This document shows positions 57,329-64,000 of a stretch of 64,000 nucleotides of DNA, one piece after another (position 1 is the first letter of the stretch; every line of letters starts with the position of its first letter). The DNA is from Bdellovibrionales bacterium (GTDB lineage Bacteria; Pseudomonadota; Alphaproteobacteria; Micavibrionales; UBA2020). The stretch spans positions 737 through 64,736 of the forward strand of contig JBBRVE010000005.1 in the NCBI GenBank assembly GCA_038247245.1, read 5' to 3'. Made by a program: the position numbers and the translations under genes. The notes beneath the pieces are model-generated. The model saw only the letters and a list, made by a program, of their open reading frames with translations, was not told the DNA's origin and did no database searches.

Positions 57329-57421
57329 TTTTTGGATCGCCATAACAATTGAGCGGAGGGAGATTTTCGCGAAATAACGCGTGAAACGCGGCATATAATG
57401 CACATGCGTAAACGCCCGAAT

Positions 57422-57448
57422 GGGCCGTCTGTGGGAAGCAGACGGCCC
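57422..57448. terminator. hairpin downstream of flgI-flgJ-flgN-like operon
   Basis: gggccgtctg-tgggaag-cagacggccc perfect 10-bp stem; no clear T-tract. Confidence 0.5.
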
Positions 57449-57483
57449 GCTTGGGAGGGAGAGTGGTAGTGTCAGTTTGTCAG

Positions 57484-57975
57484 TTAGAGGTTTTTATCCA
57501 CGGAGAGGGAAAGCGTGGATGTTTTATAAGCTTGTGCTTGTCCTTTCGCTGAGTAGTTGGTTTGTTTGTCATCGACGACAGCCTTTCTGGCTGCATCGAG
57601 GATTTTGTTGACGAGTCGGCCCGCGCTTGCCTTCGCGGTTTCGAGGGCCGTCAGGTTCTCCTGAAGGATGTGGGTGAAGCCCGTGCGGGATTTCACCAGT
57701 TTCTCGCGCAGCGGCATTTCCAGCAGCGCGACTTCCGCCTTGCGTGCGGTCAGGCCGGTCACCAGCGCCTGGTATTCATTGGCGAGGTTTTTCTTGGCCG
57801 CCTGCAGGCGATCAACGGTTTTAAAATCTGATTTGCGCAGGGCGGTGGTTTCTTCCGCCAGCAGCTGCCCGAAAGTATCGAGGATCTTCATGACGGACTG
57901 CACATCGTTGCGCAGGTTGCCGTTGGCAGGTTTCGCGACGGTTTTGGTCAAAGTGTTCGTTCCCATGGTTATCAC
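57484..57975 (-). CDS. FlgN-like flagellar chaperone
   Basis: LL.EET.ALR...K..LA..Y helical pattern; third gene of the flgI-flgJ operon. Confidence 0.65.
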   Translation of the reverse strand: MITMGTNTLTKTVAKPANGNLRNDVQSVMKILDTFGQLLAEETTALRKSDFKTVDRLQAAKKNLANEYQALVTGLTARKAEVALLEMPLREKLVKSRTGFTHILQENLTALETAKASAGRLVNKILDAARKAVVDDKQTNYSAKGQAQAYKTSTLSLSVDKNL

Positions 57976-58292
57976 CCCTTTTGCTGTTGTTCTTGTATCT
58001 GAAGCATCATCTTCTTCATTTCCGTAGCAATTCCCGTGCCAGTTCCGGCGGCCATGGCTTTGCCATATTCTTGCGTCAATAGACTGCGGAACATTTTCTC
58101 GCCGTTGCCGCCGCCGAACATGGGGTCGTCGCCCACGCCTTCGAACATGATCGTGGTCATCTCGCCCATGAACATCGCTTCGAATTCCTGCGCGCTTTTT
58201 TCGATCTTGGCGTTGGGCTTGGCGATCTGCGCCTGCCGCGCCTGGTTCATCGCGATATCGGCAGAAGCCGGAAGGGGCATTGCGTTGCTCAT
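57972..58292 (-). CDS. flgJ: rod-binding protein (FlgJ without muramidase domain)
   Basis: AQEFEAMF, FGGGNGEKMFRSLL..EY, GIA. Confidence 0.85.
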   Translation of the reverse strand: MSNAMPLPASADIAMNQARQAQIAKPNAKIEKSAQEFEAMFMGEMTTIMFEGVGDDPMFGGGNGEKMFRSLLTQEYGKAMAAGTGTGIATEMKKMMLQIQEQQQKG

Positions 58293-59446
58293 TACATCAC
58301 CTCGATTTCGGCTTGCAGCGCGCCTGCGGCCTTGATCGACTGCAGGATTGTAATGATGTCGCGGGGGCCGACGCCCAGGGCGTTCAGGCTGGCAACGAGT
58401 GTCTGCAGGCTCACGCCGGATTGCAGCACGGTGATCTTGTTGTCTTCGTCCTTGTCGACCTGCACTTCGGTGCGGGGCACGACAACCGTTTCGCCTTCTT
58501 CGGAGAATGCGTTGGGCTGCGATACCTGCGGGGTTTCGGTGATACGGATCGTCAGGTTGCCCTGCGCCAGCGCCACGGTCGAGATGCGCACATCCTTGCC
58601 CATCACGATCACGCCGGAACGTTCGTCAATCACGACGCGCGCGATCTGGTCAGGCGCAATGCGCAGCTGTTCGATGTCGGTGATCAGGTTCACGATACCC
58701 GCGTTATAGCCGGGCGGCACGTTCAGTGTGATAGAGGCCGGGTTTTCGGCAGAAGCCGCGTTGAATTTCAGGTAGCCGTTGATCGCCGATGCCACGCGGC
58801 GTGCGGTCGTGAAATCGGGGTTGCGCAGCGCAAGGCGCGTGGTGGTCATGCCGGCCAGAGCGAAGGGAATTTCACGCTCCACAATCGCGCCCGCCGAGAT
58901 ACGTCCGCCGGTCGGGATGTTCTGCGTGACGGAAGCAGAGTCGCCCTTGGCCGAGAAGCCGGCGATGGCAACCGAGCCTTGCGCAACCGCGTAAACTTGA
59001 GAGTCAGCGCCCAGCAGCGGGGTGACCAGCAGCGTGCCGCCCTGCAGGCTTTTCGCATCGCCCAGCGCGGAAATGGAAACGTCAATGCGCGAGCCCTGAT
59101 TGGTGAAAGGGGGCAGCGTGCCGGTCACCATGACCGCCGCGATGTTTTTTGTGTTCAGCTTTTCATCGCGCACGTTGACGCCAAGGCGTTCCAGCATCCC
59201 GATCAGGGATTGTTGCGTGAAGGGCGAGTTGTTCAGGCTGTCGCCCGTGCCATTCAGGCCGACCACAAGGCCGTAGCCGACCAGCATGTTGTCGCGGATG
59301 CCTTCGATATCGACGATGTCCTTGATACGGGTGGAGCCTGCTGTCGATGCTGTCATCGGCGCGGCCTTTGTCTTCTGTGCGATCGCAAGTGTCGGCAGAG
59401 CCGTTGCGAGCATCGCGGTCAGGACTAATTTGATAAATGTATTCAT
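58292..59446 (-). CDS. flgI: flagellar P-ring protein FlgI
   Basis: Signal peptide; RIKDI, GYGLVVGLNGTGD, GDAKSLQGGTL, LQSIKAAGALQA; alternative start 59467. Confidence 0.95.
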   Translation of the reverse strand: MNTFIKLVLTAMLATALPTLAIAQKTKAAPMTASTAGSTRIKDIVDIEGIRDNMLVGYGLVVGLNGTGDSLNNSPFTQQSLIGMLERLGVNVRDEKLNTKNIAAVMVTGTLPPFTNQGSRIDVSISALGDAKSLQGGTLLVTPLLGADSQVYAVAQGSVAIAGFSAKGDSASVTQNIPTGGRISAGAIVEREIPFALAGMTTTRLALRNPDFTTARRVASAINGYLKFNAASAENPASITLNVPPGYNAGIVNLITDIEQLRIAPDQIARVVIDERSGVIVMGKDVRISTVALAQGNLTIRITETPQVSQPNAFSEEGETVVVPRTEVQVDKDEDNKITVLQSGVSLQTLVASLNALGVGPRDIITILQSIKAAGALQAEIEVM

Positions 59447-59489
59447 GACAGACCCATCCCAGATCATATGTTTTCCCGATGAAACACGA

Positions 59490-59506
59490 TGCGAGGACCA
59501 TGCCAG
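59490..59506 (-). promoter_or_regulatory. sigma54 promoter of flgI
   Basis: minus strand CTGGCAT-GGTCC-TCGCA. Confidence 0.65.
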
Positions 59507-59549
59507 CTGTAAAATTAAGGTATTTCAGTGTTTTACGCGGCGGCGGGCA

Positions 59550-59592
59550 GGGCAATAAACGCCGCAGGGCGCTGGTTGGGCAAATATTGCCG
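59550..59592. promoter_or_regulatory. ftr-like FlbD enhancer elements between flgI and fliX
   Basis: GGGCAAATATTGCCG at 59578-59592 and GGGCAATAAACGCCG at 59550-59564, upstream of the sigma54 site. Confidence 0.55.
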
Positions 59593-59631
59593 ACTGGTAT
59601 CGGCCGCGTAACCCGCATATAATAGGTATTC

Positions 59632-60066
59632 ATGAAAGTAGACGGACCAGGAAAATCATCAGGCGCCAAGGGCGTTTCTAAAACCGGCACCAAGCAGGGC
59701 GCGGGCGGCGCGTCGTTTAGCGGCATGATCGACAGCGCCGACGAAGCCGAAGAGCAAAAGCCTGTCAGCGGTGCTATGTCTGTCGGCCAACTGGATGCAT
59801 TGTTATCGTTGCAGGAAAGCGGCGGCGGTACTTCCGAAGAAGCCCGCAAGAAGGCAAAACAGCGCGCAACCATGCTGCTCGACCATCTTGATCAAGTGCG
59901 CATCGGCATCCTGCAGGGCGGCATTCCCGTTGCTGCGCTGCAGCAATTGACCAATCTGGTGGGCCAGCACCGTGAAAAGATCATGGACCCGCTGCTGGCC
60001 GAGGTTCTGGACGATATCGACCTGCGCGTGCAGGTGGAGCTGGCCAAACACAGCATGAACCGCTGA
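59632..60066 (+). CDS. fliX: flagellar assembly regulator FliX
   Basis: DALLSLQ, LLD.LD..R.G.L.G, DP.L..VLDDIDLRV.VELAK; divergent from flgI, followed by dksA. Confidence 0.9.
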   Translation: MKVDGPGKSSGAKGVSKTGTKQGAGGASFSGMIDSADEAEEQKPVSGAMSVGQLDALLSLQESGGGTSEEARKKAKQRATMLLDHLDQVRIGILQGGIPVAALQQLTNLVGQHREKIMDPLLAEVLDDIDLRVQVELAKHSMNR

Positions 60067-60184
60067 TTTTCGGTTCTTTTTCTATAAAAACCCGACAATT
60101 CAAGGGAATCCGAATGCGGTATTGTGCATTGGGGGCGGGATGTTTATAATTTAAAGATACACAAAATCCCTAAGGTAACCGCAA

Positions 60185-60628
60185 ATGAACGCACAACCCG
60201 AAACCTCCCCGACCATTTTGCCGCCGGATTACAAGCCGACCGAAAAAGAGAAATTCATGAACCCGGTCATGCTGGAATACTTCCGCCAGAAGCTGCTGCG
60301 CTGGCGCGCGGAACTGCTGGAAGAATCCACGGAAACCATCAAGGAAATGCAGGAAGACAACCTGCAAAAGCCCGACATCGCCGACCGCGCCTCCGCCGAG
60401 ACAGATCACGCGCTGGAACTGCGTACGCGCGACCGTGAACGCAAGCTGATCTCCAAGATCAACGGCGCGATCGAGAAGATCGACGACGCTTCGTACGGCT
60501 ATTGCGAAGAAACGGGCGAACCGATCTCCGTCGCCCGCCTTGAAGCACGCCCGATTGCGACCCTGTCGCTCGAAGCACAGGAACGCCACGAGCGCAGGGA
60601 ACGCACACAGCGCGACATGCGCGAATAA
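60185..60628 (+). CDS. dksA: RNA polymerase-binding protein DksA
   Basis: FMN...LEYFR.KL..W, D..DRAS.E.D..LELRTRDRERKLI.KI, YGYCEETGEPI...RLEARPIATLS. Confidence 0.95.
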   Translation: MNAQPETSPTILPPDYKPTEKEKFMNPVMLEYFRQKLLRWRAELLEESTETIKEMQEDNLQKPDIADRASAETDHALELRTRDRERKLISKINGAIEKIDDASYGYCEETGEPISVARLEARPIATLSLEAQERHERRERTQRDMRE

Positions 60629-60646
60629 GCGTCGATCACATCCACG

Positions 60647-60679
60647 AAAAAGCCCCCGCGAAACCGGGGGCTTTTTTTT
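60647..60679 (+). terminator. intrinsic terminator after dksA
   Basis: aaaaagccccc-gcgaaacc-gggggctttttttt. Confidence 0.85.
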
Positions 60680-61161
60680 GTGCGGGAACGTATGTTCCGA
60701 GTCGCGGTCGAGTCGGGATTTTTTAGCCGGATTTTTTGCGCATGCGTGGGCGGGAGGCGCAAAAAAACTTTCACACGCGCGCGCGGAATATTTTGGAAAA
60801 TCATCACACGCGATTTTCCGACCTAACCGGTTGCGTTTCCAAGCCTGAATAGGAAAAACCCGCTAATGCTTATCGTTGTTGAGTTTCTTTGCGTAATCGC
60901 GAAGGAGATTTCAAATTTATGAAAAAATATGATTTTCATAAACTGTGCTTTTTGACCTAATAGGCGTGCCGCCGCCGCATTTCTTGAAATTTAAATGCTG
61001 CCATGCAGCGCATCTTTTTTCGACTCTTTCGTTTTTTGGTCTTGTCGGTTTCATAAAAACTGATACCGTTCTGATTGTTAAAAAAACGCTCCACAAACTG
61101 CGACAAAAAACCTCCGTCAGACGAAAGACGGGTAGGCATCACTTTTGAACGCGGTGGCTCT

Positions 61162-61177
61162 TTAACTAAACTTTAAC
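61162..61177 (+). promoter_or_regulatory. CtrA box (perfect) upstream of vWA gene
   Basis: TTAA-ctaaact-TTAAC, 18 nt before ATG 61196. Confidence 0.65.
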
Positions 61178-61195
61178 TGTTACGGGTTTAAATAT

Positions 61196-64000
61196 ATGGC
61201 TGCGCCCTCTGACCGTAGAAAGATCGAAAGCATTTTGCGCGAACCGCTGACGCGGCATCGCCTTATGTTGAATTCGAAACTGCGCGCGGCTCAAGCCGAA
61301 GAAAACCCGACCCCGTTCACCTTCGAAGACCTCAAGGCCTTCATGGGCGCGATCCGCAGCGCTGATCCCGACTATCAAAAAGAAACACTGAACGCGCTCG
61401 AAGCCGTCGCAACCGGCAAGGCTCCGCAGGAGCCGCGCTTCGATACACCCGAAACACAATTGATCTGGGGCGCGTCGCTTGCGTTCCTGTCGGCGAACCC
61501 CGACCACATGAAAACCTGGCTGAAGCCGCCCGCCGAAGGTGTCGCGCTGCCCCAGACCGAACTGTGGAAACAGGTTTCCACCACTGATTTCGCCTACGGC
61601 GAGCTGCTCAGCCACGCGCACCATATCCGCGAAGCGCTGCGCGACAAGGACACGAAATACGGCTGGGGCGAACCCGGCACCGGTTTCACGTTCGACCGTT
61701 CCAAGAATCTGATCAACGTCGATTTCATGCAGTCGATGGTCCTGGGTTTCGAACATGCCCGCGCTGATGTCTACCGCGAAATCGGCCACTCGCTGCTCTC
61801 GGTCACCTATCCGAAGCGGATGAAGGAAGTTTTCAAGGAAATGCAGCCGCTGATGAAAAAGTCGCGGCTGGCACAGGCGAAGAAGGGCCCCAAGCTCAAG
61901 CCCGACGAATATAAAAAACTGACCATGCTGTCGACCGAATGGCAGCTGCGCCACATGCTGTTTACTGCCGCCGAGGAAAACGTCGCCAACCGCTTCGTGT
62001 CCAACATGGGCTCGCAATTGCTGCAGGATTTCGGCGTGTCGCTCAACAACACCGCCGTCACGCATCGCGGCGTCGGCCTGACGCGCCTGCCGAACGATGG
62101 CATGTCCGAAGAACTGAAACGCTACATGAACCTGTGCAACACGGTTCAGCTCAGCTTCTTCGCGAATAACGCCCTGTTCGACGATACCGAAGCCGGCTGG
62201 GCAAAAGTCGGTATCGACCCCGGACTCGTGCGCAAAACCGCGACGCTGAATGCGCGCCCCGCGGGCCAGAAGGACGACACCGACGGCATCGAACACTCCG
62301 ATTTCAAACACCTGCGCGACCTCGCGGGCGGCCCGAAAGGCCTCGAAAATTTGCAGCCCAAGCAGCACGAACGCCTGTTCGGCTGGGCCAACCTGAAAAA
62401 CCGCGTTGAACGCGCCGATGCCGACCGCAAGGAAATCATCGATGAAATCTGGCGCGATTACGCGGAAGACCTGATTCAGAAAATCCTGAAAATGGCCAAT
62501 GACCAGATCGACGAAAATCTGGACAAGGCGCAGAAGGATCCGAAGAACCAGAAAGACAAAAAGAAACAGGACGGCAAGGACCTCGATCAGGATCAGGACG
62601 AGGACGGCGATGATCAGGATGGCGACGACGGCCAGGATGGTCAGGACGGCCAAGAGGGCGACGACGGACAAGAAGGCCAGGGCCGGGGTAAAGGCAAGGG
62701 CAAAGGTAAAGGCAAGCCCCAAAAAGGCAAAAAGCAGCGCGGCAAGCCGCAAGGCGAGCAGGACGACAGCGATGATTCCGATGACGCCGACGGCGACGAT
62801 GCCGATGGCCAGGAAGGCAAAGATAAAGACGGCAAAAAAGCCGACAAGGATAAAAAAGGCGACAAGAAAGAAAAAGGCAAAAAAGGCGAGAAGGGCGAAG
62901 ACGGCGAGGAGCAGGACGGCGACGGCGAAGATGGCGAAGGCCAGGACGCTGACGGCGAAGAGCAAGACGGCGACAAAAAAGGCAAGCAAAAAGGCAAAGG
63001 CAAAGAAGGCAAGCTCGGACAGGACGACGAAGACACCGTTCCCGTCGAAGGCGCAGGCGACCAGCCCGCTCCCAAAGGCTCGACCGAATTGCCCAGCGAC
63101 GAACTGGACCCGAACGGCGAAGGCAAGGATGCCGACGGCGAAGGTCAGGACGGCGATGGCGAAGGCCAGGATGCAGATGGCGAAGACGCGGACGGCGAAG
63201 ATGCCGATGGCGACGACGGCATGACCGCTGACGAGCTGGAGAAAGAGCTCGATAAGCGCAAACAAAAAGGCGAAGAAGGCGACGATGCCGACGGCCAGGA
63301 TGGCGAAGACGGCCAGGATGGCGAAGGCAAGGGCAAGCCCGGCAAAGGCAAACCCGGCAAGCCGTCCAAGCAGGCAGGCCATGGCGACGGCAAATCGCTC
63401 GAGGAACTCGCGAAACTGGATTGGACCGACTACCAGAAACGCATCGCGGAACTGGCAGGCCCGATCAGCCGTGTGCGCAAACTGTTCAAGGACGTTCAGG
63501 AACGCCAGCTGCAGCGCAAGCGCGCAGTCTCGTCGTCTCTCGAAATCCTGCCCGAAAACGGCGAGGTCAAGGACCGCTTCAACGTCGAAGCGCACCGCAA
63601 CCTCACGATCAAGCGCAAGACGGGCGATGTCGAAGAAAACGATTTGAAACGCTTCCATAGCGATCAAGTGAAGATGGTCCCGACCGAAGTCGATATCGTC
63701 ATCATGATCGACGGCTCCGGTTCCATGAACGGCACGGCGCTGAACTCGGCGCTGCAGGCGGCCGCCATCATGTTCGAAGCCGCCTCCGGCAAAGATATGA
63801 AGATGAACGTGTATGTCGGCATGTGGGGCGATGCAAACCCGCCCATGCTGATCACGCCGGGTGCAGACCGCATCGAAATCGGCAAGCAGATGGCGCGCGC
63901 GCAGAAGGGCCTGAATTCCGGCACCGACCTCGCGCCCGCGATCAAGAAGGTCGCGAAAACGATCGGCGAACAGCGCGGCAAGAGCGGCACGCTCTCGGGC
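61196..64000 (+). CDS. large vWA-domain protein (CobT-like architecture), 3'-truncated; absent from ORF track
   Basis: Frame read open from ATG 61196 (MAAPSDRRKIESILREP) to window end; REIGH segment, long D/G/E/K low-complexity linker, then VDIVIMIDGSGSM (MIDAS DxSxS) and SGTDLAPAI. Confidence 0.85.
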   Translation, partial: MAAPSDRRKIESILREPLTRHRLMLNSKLRAAQAEENPTPFTFEDLKAFMGAIRSADPDYQKETLNALEAVATGKAPQEPRFDTPETQLIWGASLAFLSANPDHMKTWLKPPAEGVALPQTELWKQVSTTDFAYGELLSHAHHIREALRDKDTKYGWGEPGTGFTFDRSKNLINVDFMQSMVLGFEHARADVYREIGHSLLSVTYPKRMKEVFKEMQPLMKKSRLAQAKKGPKLKPDEYKKLTMLSTEWQLRHMLFTAAEENVANRFVSNMGSQLLQDFGVSLNNTAVTHRGVGLTRLPNDGMSEELKRYMNLCNTVQLSFFANNALFDDTEAGWAKVGIDPGLVRKTATLNARPAGQKDDTDGIEHSDFKHLRDLAGGPKGLENLQPKQHERLFGWANLKNRVERADADRKEIIDEIWRDYAEDLIQKILKMANDQIDENLDKAQKDPKNQKDKKKQDGKDLDQDQDEDGDDQDGDDGQDGQDGQEGDDGQEGQGRGKGKGKGKGKPQKGKKQRGKPQGEQDDSDDSDDADGDDADGQEGKDKDGKKADKDKKGDKKEKGKKGEKGEDGEEQDGDGEDGEGQDADGEEQDGDKKGKQKGKGKEGKLGQDDEDTVPVEGAGDQPAPKGSTELPSDELDPNGEGKDADGEGQDGDGEGQDADGEDADGEDADGDDGMTADELEKELDKRKQKGEEGDDADGQDGEDGQDGEGKGKPGKGKPGKPSKQAGHGDGKSLEELAKLDWTDYQKRIAELAGPISRVRKLFKDVQERQLQRKRAVSSSLEILPENGEVKDRFNVEAHRNLTIKRKTGDVEENDLKRFHSDQVKMVPTEVDIVIMIDGSGSMNGTALNSALQAAAIMFEAASGKDMKMNVYVGMWGDANPPMLITPGADRIEIGKQMARAQKGLNSGTDLAPAIKKVAKTIGEQRGKSGTLSG
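62520..63380 (+). repeat. low-complexity coding repeats (DGED/DGQD and GKGK blocks)
   Basis: Many degenerate gacggcgaag / gatggccagg / aaaggc units inside the vWA gene. Confidence 0.75.

Noticed and set aside
62520-63380. Repetitive DNA considered as CRISPR array or VNTR
   Set aside because: Degenerate codon-phase repeats inside a CDS; no constant repeat with unique spacers and no cas genes.
61166-63667. 833-aa very hydrophobic minus-strand ORF resembling a membrane protein
   Set aside because: Antisense of the D/E/K-rich vWA gene (gac/gaa/aag read as V/F/L); the plus strand has the MIDAS motif and the expected codon bias.

Overview
GC-rich alphaproteobacterial chromosomal segment. The gene content (Dot/Icm-type DotA/TraY paralogs, many ankyrin proteins, the chpT-che-ctrA-fli/flg synteny) suggests a Micavibrio/Rhodospirillales-like organism; this is inference. 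In order: two tandem DotA/TraY-family type IVB secretion genes (first is 5'-truncated); yejABEF peptide ABC importer with an internal AT-rich, apparently foreign segment; indolepyruvate:ferredoxin oxidoreductase; rpsU; three tandem ankyrin proteins sharing an unrecognised ~80-aa C-terminal domain (invariant TEIFNFESRER); aminopeptidase P, RlmM-like methyltransferase and PMM/PGM; chpT, a fourth ankyrin gene, cheAWYBR and ctrA; a large flagellar cluster (fliIJ, flhG/flhF/flhA, flbD, fliNHGF, flaF, flbT, flagellin, flgEDJI, fliK, fliX) with two TPR-sulfotransferase genes between the hook and flagellin genes; dksA; and a 3'-truncated large vWA protein absent from the ORF track. CtrA boxes, sigma54 and sigma70 promoters, FlbD-type ftr palindromes, terminators and two palindromic miniature repeats are visible. 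No rRNA, tRNA, CRISPR array or transposase was seen. All family assignments come from motif recognition, not database searches.
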